Below are positions 20,011 through 29,813 of a stretch of 59,635 nucleotides of DNA, piece by piece. Made by a program: the position numbers and the translations under genes. The notes below the pieces were generated by a model that was not told the DNA's origin, searched no databases, and was given only the letters and a program-made list of their open reading frames with translations. The number at the start of each line of letters is the position of its first letter. Position 1 is the first letter of the stretch. The DNA lies in assembly GCA_035280585.1 (NCBI GenBank), contig DATEFQ010000119.1, positions 1-59,635 on the forward strand, in the 5' to 3' direction. This DNA comes from Nitrososphaeraceae archaeon. Lineage in GTDB: Archaea; Thermoproteota; Nitrososphaeria; Nitrososphaerales; Nitrososphaeraceae.

Positions 20011-21060
20011 TTGAAATGGAGAATAATCGCAGTTGCCGTAAGCCTTATCCCATTTCTATTATTATTTGTATTTACACCTGTCTCTCCTTCAGATGTATTC
20101 TCGGTCGGCGCATTGCCATTCCTGCTTTCTGTATCTGCTGTTATGGTTCGAATTTTACTGCAAGCGTATAGGTTTAGGTACTTTACTAATCGCTTCATCG
20201 GGCCTAATATTAGCACAACTCTAAAAACAATGAATGCTAGGTTAGCCGGTGAATTCGTTACACAGACTACACCGTCGTTCATAGGTGGTGAAATAGTAAG
20301 GATTGCATGGCTCGTAAAAAACGGAGTTTCCACAGGAAAGGCTGCCTGGGTAGCAACTGCGGAAATAATTGCCGACGTTTTTGTAGGGAGTATTTTGGCA
20401 TTTATTGCAGGTGTTGTGGCCATCGTTAGCGGCGGATCCTTTATTGGTATTACAGTCATCCTTGTTGCTATTCCAACATTTGGCTTTTGGTTTCTAGTAG
20501 TTGTTTTATCTGCAAATAGAAATATTCAACTCCCAAAATTTGCAATAAGCTTGCTTAAAAAGTTCTTATCAAAAGAAAGATCAGATCGTATCATACAATC
20601 TACAAATGTTGCATTAGCAGACTTGTGCACAATGAGCAGGGAGAATTTCACATCTTTCAATTCAGTCAAAGTCCTTTCGATAGGAATGGCAATAACGTTT
20701 GTAGCTTTTGTATTTCAAGGGCTTTCATTCTTGATACTTGCACAAGCTGTAGGTGAACACGTAGGATTTTTTCAATCATTTATGGCCACTTCTGCATCAA
20801 CCGCCCTCTCCACATTACCGATTACCATTGGAGGATCTGGTTTAGCAGAATTGGGTGTCTGGGCATATATTACAAATATTAGTTCTATTCCACATTTGGC
20901 CGATGTTCTAAACTCATCACAATTGTCTGTGATTATAGCTTGGAGAATTGCTACATACCATGTCCCCCTTGTCATTATGTGGATAGCTCTTATGAGGATT
21001 ACAGTCGGAAAAGATTCCATTGCAAATCAGATTAAATCTAAAAAATTGGATAGTAGTTAA
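20011..21060 (+). CDS. Lysylphosphatidylglycerol synthase TM-domain / flippase-like membrane protein (UPF0104/AglD2-like)
   Basis: Multiple TM helices, TPSFIGGE, PITIGGSGLAE, WRIATY. Confidence 0.82.
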   Translation: MKWRIIAVAVSLIPFLLLFVFTPVSPSDVFSVGALPFLLSVSAVMVRILLQAYRFRYFTNRFIGPNISTTLKTMNARLAGEFVTQTTPSFIGGEIVRIAWLVKNGVSTGKAAWVATAEIIADVFVGSILAFIAGVVAIVSGGSFIGITVILVAIPTFGFWFLVVVLSANRNIQLPKFAISLLKKFLSKERSDRIIQSTNVALADLCTMSRENFTSFNSVKVLSIGMAITFVAFVFQGLSFLILAQAVGEHVGFFQSFMATSASTALSTLPITIGGSGLAELGVWAYITNISSIPHLADVLNSSQLSVIIAWRIATYHVPLVIMWIALMRITVGKDSIANQIKSKKLDSS

Positions 21061-21106
21061 ACAATGTTGCTGAAAAAGACTTTCTGTTAATACAAACAGA
21101 TCTATA

Positions 21107-21907
21107 ATGAATAAGCTGAGAGGAAAAATAGTCGTCATAACTGGGGCATCATCAGGTATTGGCAGATCAACAGCATTAGACTTTGCAAAGCAAGAAGCCA
21201 AAGCTATTATACTTGTTGCTAGAAACAAGGAACGATTATCTCAAGTTTTATCAGAAATAGGTGAGAAATCCAAATGCATGATATTTGGTTGCGATATATC
21301 CAACAAATCGGAGGTACTAAAGATGGCTAAAGAAGTACTATCAGTTTATGACACCGTTGATATTTTGGTAAATAATGCAGGAATTGGGATATTAGGAAAA
21401 GTAGCCTCTCAGTCAATAGAGGAGTTAGAGTTAGTAACAAAAACGAATTATTTTGGAATGATGTATTGTACCAAAGCATTTCTAAACTCCATGTTAAGAA
21501 AAAAAAACGGTCACATCATAAATGTTGCATCGCTAACAGCGAGCTTTGGAATTCCTGGATTGGCAGCGTATTGTGGTTCAAAATTTGCAATGCTTGGTTT
21601 TTCAGAATCACTCCAACACGAACTGCATGGTACGGGCGTACATGTTACTGTTGTAAGCCCAATAGGAGTGAAGACGAATTTTTTCTATCATCCATCATTT
21701 GGCAACACTTTCAAAAACAAGGAGCATTTTTATTTGGATCCCACTACTGTATCTAGAGCAATAATACGAGCTTCTAATTCAAAACGGTTGGAAATTGTAG
21801 TTCCTTTTTATATGAGAGGAGGAGTATGGTTAAAACAAACGATACCGTATTTAGTAAATCCCATCGTGGGTAATTATTTTAGAAAAATGCTGGACATTGA
21901 AAAATAG
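21107..21907 (+). CDS. Short-chain dehydrogenase/reductase
   Basis: TGASSGIG, NNAG, YCGSK (YxxxK). Confidence 0.93.
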   Translation: MNKLRGKIVVITGASSGIGRSTALDFAKQEAKAIILVARNKERLSQVLSEIGEKSKCMIFGCDISNKSEVLKMAKEVLSVYDTVDILVNNAGIGILGKVASQSIEELELVTKTNYFGMMYCTKAFLNSMLRKKNGHIINVASLTASFGIPGLAAYCGSKFAMLGFSESLQHELHGTGVHVTVVSPIGVKTNFFYHPSFGNTFKNKEHFYLDPTTVSRAIIRASNSKRLEIVVPFYMRGGVWLKQTIPYLVNPIVGNYFRKMLDIEK

Positions 21908-21915
21908 GCATGTTA

Positions 21916-22395
21916 TTAATCTTCTTCTTCTTCATCAGTGCCGGCTGATGCCTGTATGTCTGATTCCACATCCATAAGCTGAAGATCTTCCAACTCAAAT
22001 TTATATATCGCATTCATTTCCAGATTGTACGTTAATTTTAAGAGCTCAACTAATTTGGAACTCAATTCACCTTTGAACATTTTTATTTTGAATTCATAAA
22101 TGAATCCTTTTAAAAAGTCTGAAATTTTTAAATTTTGGGGTACGTCCAATCCTTCAATAATTGTCCTACCATCCGAAAGTGCTTCATATACCTGTAAATC
22201 AATCTTGTAAACACCTTCGTATACTGCCAATATGTATCCTGATCTTGTTAAAATTTCTGGATCACCAAATTGTACAGATTTAATTTCGTCTTCAGCCCAT
22301 TCTGGTAAAGGAGCATTAGTTTGTGACTGGCCTCCCTTCGTACTGTTGTTTGAAACTTCCGTTTTAGACCTCGGCATGTTTATTCTTACAACCAT
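21916..22395 (-). CDS. Conserved hypothetical protein with acidic C-terminal tail
   Basis: 159-aa ORF, beta-rich core, ends in TDEEEED. Confidence 0.7.
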   Translation of the reverse strand: MVVRINMPRSKTEVSNNSTKGGQSQTNAPLPEWAEDEIKSVQFGDPEILTRSGYILAVYEGVYKIDLQVYEALSDGRTIIEGLDVPQNLKISDFLKGFIYEFKIKMFKGELSSKLVELLKLTYNLEMNAIYKFELEDLQLMDVESDIQASAGTDEEEED

Positions 22396-22485
22396 GTACG
22401 GCTTTTACTTTCTAAAAAACTTTGCAGATAAAGATCATTACACTAACCGCATACAGAATGTATATTTGATGGTACCTAGACGATC

Positions 22486-22935
22486 TTAGATATAATATTC
22501 TAAGATCATTTCAATACTTTCTTTTTCCTCATCATTACGTACATATTCTTCATACTTTGTAAAATCGAGGGGAGTAATCATGCCAATTAGTTTGTTCGCA
22601 TCTTTCGAATCATCATCAACGACAAGTAAGTGCCTAACATTATGTTTTAGCATCAAATCTGCCGCAACTGATGGGGATGATTTAGAATCAATAGTAATCA
22701 ATGGAGCCGACATGATCTCTTTGTTTTTCACTTGGCTTGTGCGCACGTCTTTAATACAAACTTTTCTAACCAAATCACGTTCCGTAACTAGGCCTGTTGG
22801 TTTACCGTAACTATCAACAATAAGCAATGAACTTACTTTTTTATCATTCATTTTCATTGCAGAGTTTTGAATAGATTCCGACTCTTCAATTGTAAAAACC
22901 TCCTTCCTCATAAGTTCCCTTACGGTTGTGACCAT
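22486..22935 (-). CDS. Tandem CBS-domain protein
   Basis: VRELM, GLVTERDL, IMSAPLITI, VRHLLV, GMITPLD; start trimmed to MVTTVRE. Confidence 0.92.
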   Translation of the reverse strand: MVTTVRELMRKEVFTIEESESIQNSAMKMNDKKVSSLLIVDSYGKPTGLVTERDLVRKVCIKDVRTSQVKNKEIMSAPLITIDSKSSPSVAADLMLKHNVRHLLVVDDDSKDANKLIGMITPLDFTKYEEYVRNDEEKESIEMILEYYI

Positions 22936-23330
22936 CACTACAGTATATACGGTCTGGCTTTTTAAGATATACTCCATATTATATTATATCTCCAGTCAAA
23001 CCGAGACAGGATTATTGGATTCCTAGATATACTTTATTAATACGACCTTTCTGCTTCTGGACTCTTGAGGTACTGCATGTGTTATAGATACTAATGAAAC
23101 AAAACGGAACTTCAGATTATGCTTATATTAGTTACCAAACTTAGAATAATTAATTTAATTCTGTATATGAATTTTATAAAACAACGATGTAGTATGCCCC
23201 AGTAGCATATGCTTCAACGTGTACTCCCCAATTTTTTTAGTCACTATCGTCAGGAAACACGGTTTAATGATATTGGATTATTTGAAATATATGTTGGTGG
23301 GATTTCGATATTAAGACTGGTACCAAATGT

Positions 23331-24041
23331 CTACTCGTACGAATATAACTCATAGATGTTACCATTTGAAGGTTTCACATAATTCCATTTAACGTTAGTT
23401 AACTCGACGTTGATGAATCTATGATTAAATGAAGCGTCAGGTGCAAGGATATCGTATAAGGACTGACCAACCAGGACTTGGTTTAATTGTGCAGCAGAGG
23501 CTATCTTAGACGCAATGCTTATGCTTGGTCCGACTACATCAATGGGAGCTGTATCTACGTTTTTTCCGTATAGTATTACTAATGAATGTCCACAGTCCAA
23601 TCCAACTCTTACCTTTATTTCAGGAAGATGATTTTCTTTTAATATTGGATTTATGCAATCATTAATGATTGAAAGGATACCTTGTGCACAATTTAATGCA
23701 TTGATACAAGCCTTTTTCTTATCGAATTCTGCAGGGAACAGACCAATTACCGAATCGCCCACAAATTTTAAGACGTAACCGCCGTACCCCTTAATTGCCA
23801 GTCTTGTTTCCTGGGAAAAGACTTGTAGAATAGCCGCAAATTTTGATGGGGGTAATGTAATGCTCATTTGAGTCGATCCATTAATATCAATTATTAAAAC
23901 AACCATGGAAGCATTCGAATTAACATGCCTCTTTAGAAATTGTTTGCATTGTTCAGTGCTCAGATCAAATTCAAGACCCGATTTTATTGTATGCAAAACT
24001 CTTGCTTTAATTTGTTGAGCTTCTTCGGTTGAAGATAGCAT
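23331..24041 (-). CDS. Class III adenylate/guanylate cyclase domain protein
   Basis: IIDINGST, LKFVGDSV (both metal-binding Asp), RVGLDCG, DVVGPSISIASKI. Confidence 0.87.
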   Translation of the reverse strand: MLSSTEEAQQIKARVLHTIKSGLEFDLSTEQCKQFLKRHVNSNASMVVLIIDINGSTQMSITLPPSKFAAILQVFSQETRLAIKGYGGYVLKFVGDSVIGLFPAEFDKKKACINALNCAQGILSIINDCINPILKENHLPEIKVRVGLDCGHSLVILYGKNVDTAPIDVVGPSISIASKIASAAQLNQVLVGQSLYDILAPDASFNHRFINVELTNVKWNYVKPSNGNIYELYSYE

Positions 24042-24515
24042 TGTTCTCTATCCTTTTCTTGCGTGAGTAACAAATAACCTTATCTATGGGTTCGAGGTTA
24101 TTACTGCTTAAAAAATACAACACATAGAAAGATGAGGTGGATGGTCATTCTGCACTGAGTGAACAAAAAAATCAGACTATTTTGTTTTATTTTAATTCTA
24201 CTACAGTTTTCTATTTATTTGTCGGTATTTGGGAACTTGTGTTTAATACATCATTTCCATTTTTGAATTTATTTGGAAAGATGTTTTTTCTATTTCTACT
24301 TGGAATATTCAAGAGTCGCGATACTCATTGAGAAGTTTAGCCCTCTAACTTTTATTTGAAATTAGTGGAATAAACCAGTATGAATAAGTAACATAAAATA
24401 GATCTTAAAGTGTTTTTGCAGAAAGTAACTATTCTTTTATAAATTAAACCCTAACTAATCAATGTTATATTCTTTTATCTGCAGCTTTATTTGGTGAAAA
24501 GGCCTATATAAGAAT

Positions 24516-25004
24516 ATGCGGATTAGAAGTTTATTGACCGAAGAAAATATCGATATCAAAAAGATCTTAGTTGCGGTGGATGGTTCAAAACCTTCTTTAA
24601 ATGCAGGAAATGAGGCAATTGATGTAGCGAAAAAACACCAAGCAGAATTGATTGCGCTGTATGTTATCCCTTCTGATATAAGGTATGACCAGATCGATGA
24701 TGTTGAAACACCTGGAATACCACGGTCAGTAAAGGGAATTGTGATGACAGCTATGCAAGGGGGACAGAAGTACGTAGATGAAGTGAAATTAAAGGCCACT
24801 GAAAGCAATGTAAGCGTAGGGACAGATGTTGTCATTAGTACTAATTCTGTAGTAAAGACTATCGTGGAATACGCTGAAGAAAAAAACATCGATTTGATTG
24901 TTATCGGTTCTAAAGGTATGTCCGGATTAAAAAGAATGTTGCTAGGCAGTATTGCTTCAGGAGTAGTAACTTATGCCGATTGTCCCGTCTTAGTTGTCAA
25001 GTAA
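24516..25004 (+). CDS. Universal stress protein (UspA family)
   Basis: KKILVAVDGS, DLIVIGSKG, LLGSIA, CPVLVVK; true start may be TTG 24534 (TATA at about 24505). Confidence 0.93.
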   Translation: MRIRSLLTEENIDIKKILVAVDGSKPSLNAGNEAIDVAKKHQAELIALYVIPSDIRYDQIDDVETPGIPRSVKGIVMTAMQGGQKYVDEVKLKATESNVSVGTDVVISTNSVVKTIVEYAEEKNIDLIVIGSKGMSGLKRMLLGSIASGVVTYADCPVLVVK

Positions 25005-25085
25005 AGTATTTTTCAAATCTTGTTTTTTGATAATGTATTGTATATTGTTGTAAAAGTAGTTTACTCCGACAAACCTGATGTTCAG

Positions 25086-26138
25086 CTAAGTGCACAATCC
25101 CTCATTTAGTGGATATAGATAGACATTAGCAATCTCATCTCCTATTATTGTCGAGTGTATCCTAATCCCATTCTTAATTTCCCCTCCATCAATCCCGCTT
25201 CCTTCTGTGCCGAGAACGGCTTTCGGATTTTTGCTTTCATCAAGAGAAATGAATTTACTTCCCGGATATGGTTCAAGGGTAACTCTCTCTTCTCCAAGTA
25301 TGCCAAGATCACGAATCGAATTAGACATGATACGGCCTCCGTCGTTTAAGATCATATCTATGCCGTATTGTCGTCTAACCTTCTTCATCGCTGAATATAT
25401 ATCAAAATCTTTGCCAGTGACAATGTAATGAATTAGATCCGATTCACGAATCAACTTTGAAGAATAATCATATCCTGATTCATTGGTTAGAAAGATCACG
25501 CGAATTTCATTTTTAGGATTTAGAATTTTTATTTGGTTTTTCTGATAGAGATCTGGAAGCTTAAGTCTTCGAAACGTCTTCTCGGATCTGGTAACAATAA
25601 TTTGATGAAAGTTTGAATTTCGAGCAACTTTTTGTTCTAGCTTTACGAGATCCTCATAAACCTCAGGTGCTAATTCTCTTACCACATTTCCAAAAAATTG
25701 CCAATTCCAAATTTGTTCTCTGTTGATGACCAAATTGTCTGCACTTATCATCATTGAATTTGAACCCATCAAGATCCTGTGAGTTGATGCAAATACGCTA
25801 TCACCCAGTTTTCTAGTTCCACCAGTTAAAGATATGACACCACCACCAGGTTTATTGTTAATCTTGTAAATGTAAACTCCTGTACCATTTTTTTTATTTC
25901 TTGCTGCAAGATAACTTGTGGCTTGATAAGGTATTTTCATCTTACTGATATAGTTAGAAGACACACCGAGAACAATCTCTGGCAAAATTCCACCCAAATA
26001 ATCGAGCCCAAAGTCACTTGAAGGTCTTATAACCTTTAGACCTCTTTTAACAAAATGACAATAAATTTCCTCCGAGATTATCCTATTTTCTAATAATAAT
26101 GATAGTTGTTTCTTATACCTTAAAACTATAGATTCCAT
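25086..26138 (-). CDS. Hypothetical protein with a divergent RibD C-terminal/DHFR-like reductase fold
   Basis: GIDMILNDGGRIMSNSIRDLGILGEERVTLEP resembles the RibD_C pattern L.EGG..L......GL.DE..L...P; IIVTRS; function not established. Confidence 0.55.
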   Translation of the reverse strand: MESIVLRYKKQLSLLLENRIISEEIYCHFVKRGLKVIRPSSDFGLDYLGGILPEIVLGVSSNYISKMKIPYQATSYLAARNKKNGTGVYIYKINNKPGGGVISLTGGTRKLGDSVFASTHRILMGSNSMMISADNLVINREQIWNWQFFGNVVRELAPEVYEDLVKLEQKVARNSNFHQIIVTRSEKTFRRLKLPDLYQKNQIKILNPKNEIRVIFLTNESGYDYSSKLIRESDLIHYIVTGKDFDIYSAMKKVRRQYGIDMILNDGGRIMSNSIRDLGILGEERVTLEPYPGSKFISLDESKNPKAVLGTEGSGIDGGEIKNGIRIHSTIIGDEIANVYLYPLNEGLCT

Positions 26139-26232
26139 AGAACAAGTTAACCTAGTCTTATATTATGTTGTTTTAGTATCAACCAGCTAAATTGAGAAAA
26201 TTCATAAATCTCTTTCCTTTACCTCAGAGCAA

Positions 26233-28638
26233 TTGAAACAATTCTCTAAAATTCTACTCGTTTTACCCTTGATATTGGTAGTGATAGTTTCCTCATTTAC
26301 AACCATCAATGCACTAGAATCAAGTCAAAAGGGTGCATATACCGATAACATACAATTCATTCAATATCTGGACGGAAATATAGCCCTGCATGATATTCAA
26401 GCAGGAAATCTTGACACATATTTTTTTAGAATACCATTAGAAACAGTAACATCTATTTCAAAGGATCCAAACGTAAAAATATATGAGAAGAATGCAGGTT
26501 CATTCGGCTTCCTGCTAAATCCCGCACCATCAAAGAATCCAAACATTTTAAATCCATTCCAATTCAAAGATATCCGTTTTGCAGTAAATTACTTGATAAA
26601 TCGAGAATTTGTCGTAGATGAAATTCTAAACGGGTATGGAAGTGTCCAGATAGACCCGTTTGGAATCTCTTCACCCGAATACGAAGCTCTCATTCCAGTT
26701 ATAGAATCTTACAATTTCAAATATAATCCAAGTCTTGCAAAAGATATAATAGAAAAATCACTGGTTTCACATGGAGCAACAAAGCTCGATGGTAAATGGA
26801 TATACAAAGGGTCACCCATCTCAATCAAACTTATGATACGAAGTGATGATCTGCCAAGAAAATCCATGGGTGAAATGTTTGCAAATGAACTTGAAAAAAT
26901 TGGATTTACGGTACAAAGAGACTACGGTGATTTAAATAAAGCGAACCTCGTAGTCTATGGCAAAGACCCCCAGGAATTAGGTTGGCAAGTCTACACCGAA
27001 GGTTTTGGAGGAACATCTCAATTTGTTAGATACAACCCTTCCACAGCAGCTCAAATGTACTCACCATATTTTGGCAGTATGCCTGGACGAGGCAATCCAT
27101 CCTTTTGGAATTATCAAAATTCAACGCTTGATAAATTAACACAAAGGATCGAGTTTTCTAATTTTACTTCAGAAGAGGAACGAAATGAATTGTTACGACA
27201 AGCATTAACCCTAGGGATACAAGAATCTGTAAGACTTTTCGTAGCTCAGAATATTGATCCATATGCCGCGTCTTCGTCAATTAAAGGATTAATAAATGAT
27301 TTTGGCGCAGGTATTTCTACAAGTAAGTCCCTCATAAATGCAAGATCAATAAAAAATACAAGTTCTATAAATGTTGGTGTTAAGGAAGTTTATCAAGGCG
27401 CATGGAATAACGTTGGCGGTTGTAATGATATTTACTGCACAAATATTCTATCATTAGTATCAGATTCACCTACATCTAGGAACCCATATACTGGTGAAGT
27501 GATTCCTTTGAGAAATGAATGGACAAATATTACCACTATGGGGCCAGAAAAGAGACTCGCAGTTGATAGTGATGCTGTGACATGGAATCCATCCGACCAA
27601 AGATGGGAGGATGTTGGACAGAATACTTCCAAGAGTAAGGTTACCCTTCATTTGATATTTTCAAACTGGCAAAACGGGCAAGCTATGAACAAGGCTGATC
27701 TAATATACCAACTTTATTTTCCATATGAGTGGTCATCCAAAATTAATTCAACTGATCAAACATATGATCCGGAGTACGCCACACCTGCCCAAATTGGATT
27801 AAAATATCTCCGTGGAACTAAGTTTCTAAATAACAGTACTCTTGTATCATTTGTTGACTATTGGCATTTTGATAAGAAGGAAATAGCTGATTTTGCTTCG
27901 GTCTGGGCAACATCCCCTTGGGAGGTTAATGCGGCAATAGAGAGATTGGTAAAAAACGGAATCTTTGCGTACTCACGAACAGAAGCAACTGTCAAGAACA
28001 TTGAATGGTTATCTTTGATAATACCCAGTCATGCACAAGCTATAAAGCAAGAACTCGAAAAAATGAAAGTAGAGCGGTTCGTACCTGCTCCACTAAAAGG
28101 CGTGGTTAGTGTTGATGAGGCTTTGAAGAGATATGACGCAAGTATAAAATGGATAACAGAACACAACCACGCAATAATTGGCAATGGCCCATATGAGATT
28201 AAGAACTATAATCCAGCAGGCCGAGTAATATCCCTTGCGGCATTTAGAGATAGCTCCTATCCATTTCCAAAGGGATACTGGTCTATTTATGAATCTGCAA
28301 AATCAGCGAAATTTGAAAAGGTTCAATATCCAAAAATAGTTACAAGGGGTTTGCCTCTAAAAATTTCAGGTAATGTGACTATTGGTGGTAACTATAGTAG
28401 TAATGCAACATTAACATATTTTATATTTGATAAGGACAATCATCAGGTAACACAAGGGCCGGGTAAATGGATCGATGATAATGGCAATTTCTTAATTGCG
28501 ATTAATGGTAGCAATACTAAAGGGATGTCTGTTGGACCTAATGACTTTCAATTATTTGTAAAGAGTAATTACGCACTAAGACCTGATATCTATAGTGGTA
28601 TTTTTATAGGTGTACCAAACCCTATAGTCAAAAACTAA
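26233..28638 (+). CDS. ABC transporter substrate-binding protein (peptide/nickel, family 5)
   Basis: Signal peptide, NPFQFKDIRFAVNYLINRE, GNGPY; followed by two DppB/DppC-type permeases. Confidence 0.87.
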   Translation: MKQFSKILLVLPLILVVIVSSFTTINALESSQKGAYTDNIQFIQYLDGNIALHDIQAGNLDTYFFRIPLETVTSISKDPNVKIYEKNAGSFGFLLNPAPSKNPNILNPFQFKDIRFAVNYLINREFVVDEILNGYGSVQIDPFGISSPEYEALIPVIESYNFKYNPSLAKDIIEKSLVSHGATKLDGKWIYKGSPISIKLMIRSDDLPRKSMGEMFANELEKIGFTVQRDYGDLNKANLVVYGKDPQELGWQVYTEGFGGTSQFVRYNPSTAAQMYSPYFGSMPGRGNPSFWNYQNSTLDKLTQRIEFSNFTSEEERNELLRQALTLGIQESVRLFVAQNIDPYAASSSIKGLINDFGAGISTSKSLINARSIKNTSSINVGVKEVYQGAWNNVGGCNDIYCTNILSLVSDSPTSRNPYTGEVIPLRNEWTNITTMGPEKRLAVDSDAVTWNPSDQRWEDVGQNTSKSKVTLHLIFSNWQNGQAMNKADLIYQLYFPYEWSSKINSTDQTYDPEYATPAQIGLKYLRGTKFLNNSTLVSFVDYWHFDKKEIADFASVWATSPWEVNAAIERLVKNGIFAYSRTEATVKNIEWLSLIIPSHAQAIKQELEKMKVERFVPAPLKGVVSVDEALKRYDASIKWITEHNHAIIGNGPYEIKNYNPAGRVISLAAFRDSSYPFPKGYWSIYESAKSAKFEKVQYPKIVTRGLPLKISGNVTIGGNYSSNATLTYFIFDKDNHQVTQGPGKWIDDNGNFLIAINGSNTKGMSVGPNDFQLFVKSNYALRPDIYSGIFIGVPNPIVKN

Positions 28639-28765
28639 CTAAATTACTTAAAACGTACTCGGTTAGTTGCAACGCAAAGTAGATCTGCCAATGGTGTTCC
28701 ATCGATTAGACGATTGAAGATGATGCATTTATTAAGATATCTTCATTATAAATAAAGTAAAAGCA

Positions 28766-29809
28766 ATGGGCCTAGGAAGAACCTTACTTTTCCGTTCGTT
28801 TAATATGTTTTTGGTACTGTTTGCAACACTGTTTATAACCGTAATTTTACTAGGTTCAACTTTTGATGAACTACAGAAAGAGGCTATTCGCAATCAGGTG
28901 ATAGAGGAAGTAACTCAAGGAACACTTAAGTTTGAAAATTCAGATGAAAAATCATCTTACATAAATAATCAAATCCAGTTTAGATATAAACTCTCTGGGT
29001 TGGATCAAGATTCCTTCACTCCATCAAAATTATTTCATAGAATTATTAGTGTGATGACCTTGGATTTGGGAAAATCTCACTATTTTACAACAGATTATGG
29101 CTCATCTAATGTCAGGGATATAATATTCGAAAAAGTTCCTAAAACTCTCTTGTTGTTTACTACAGCAACTATATGCGTTACTGTAATTGGTATTTTTCTG
29201 GGATCATACGTCGCAAGTAAAGAAGGATCTTGGTGGGATAAAGCAAATTCAACTTTTGCAATATTTAGTAACAGCTTTCCAACATGGTGGGTAGCAATGT
29301 TAATGATTATAATCTTTGCCTTCACATTACATATATTTCCAGCTCGCGCAACTCCTATCTCTTCGCCATCTGATCCTGCCTATTTTATTGATCTACTATA
29401 TCATATGACCTTGCCACTAATTACATTGATCATTGTTTCATTTGGTGCGTGGGCGTATATTGTGAGATATTTCTTGATAAACATCTTGAATGAAGATTTT
29501 ATTCATGCAAAAAGAACAATGGGGATTTCCAGACGAAAAATTTTATACTCACATGCGTTAAGAAACGCTGGACCACCAATAGCTACTGCTGTAGGTCTGG
29601 CTTTAGCAGCTTCTTTTGGAGGAGCAATTATTACAGAGGCCGTTTTTGATTGGCCGGGCATGGGGAAACTCTATTATGATGCAATTGGAGTATTTGATGT
29701 TCCAATTATAATTGGTCTCACTTTTGTTTCTACAGTTCTGTTTTTGATAACAATATTCATTACTGACATTTCTTATACTCTCTTGGATCCCAGGGTGAAA
29801 GGTAGCTAA
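28766..29809 (+). CDS. Peptide/nickel ABC transporter permease (DppB/OppB type)
   Basis: DLGKS, EDFIHAKRTMG, HALRNA, ITEAVFDWPGMG, LDPRV. Confidence 0.93.
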   Translation: MGLGRTLLFRSFNMFLVLFATLFITVILLGSTFDELQKEAIRNQVIEEVTQGTLKFENSDEKSSYINNQIQFRYKLSGLDQDSFTPSKLFHRIISVMTLDLGKSHYFTTDYGSSNVRDIIFEKVPKTLLLFTTATICVTVIGIFLGSYVASKEGSWWDKANSTFAIFSNSFPTWWVAMLMIIIFAFTLHIFPARATPISSPSDPAYFIDLLYHMTLPLITLIIVSFGAWAYIVRYFLINILNEDFIHAKRTMGISRRKILYSHALRNAGPPIATAVGLALAASFGGAIITEAVFDWPGMGKLYYDAIGVFDVPIIIGLTFVSTVLFLITIFITDISYTLLDPRVKGS

Positions 29810-29813
29810 TTTA

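Noticed and set aside
19947-20459. 170-aa N-terminal extension on the GPN GTPase
   Set aside because: It overlaps the opposite-strand membrane protein gene; GTPase motifs begin right after ATG 19946
24137-24331. 64-aa Phe-rich ORF
   Set aside because: Composition reflects T-rich intergenic DNA; no motif; cannot be supported as a gene
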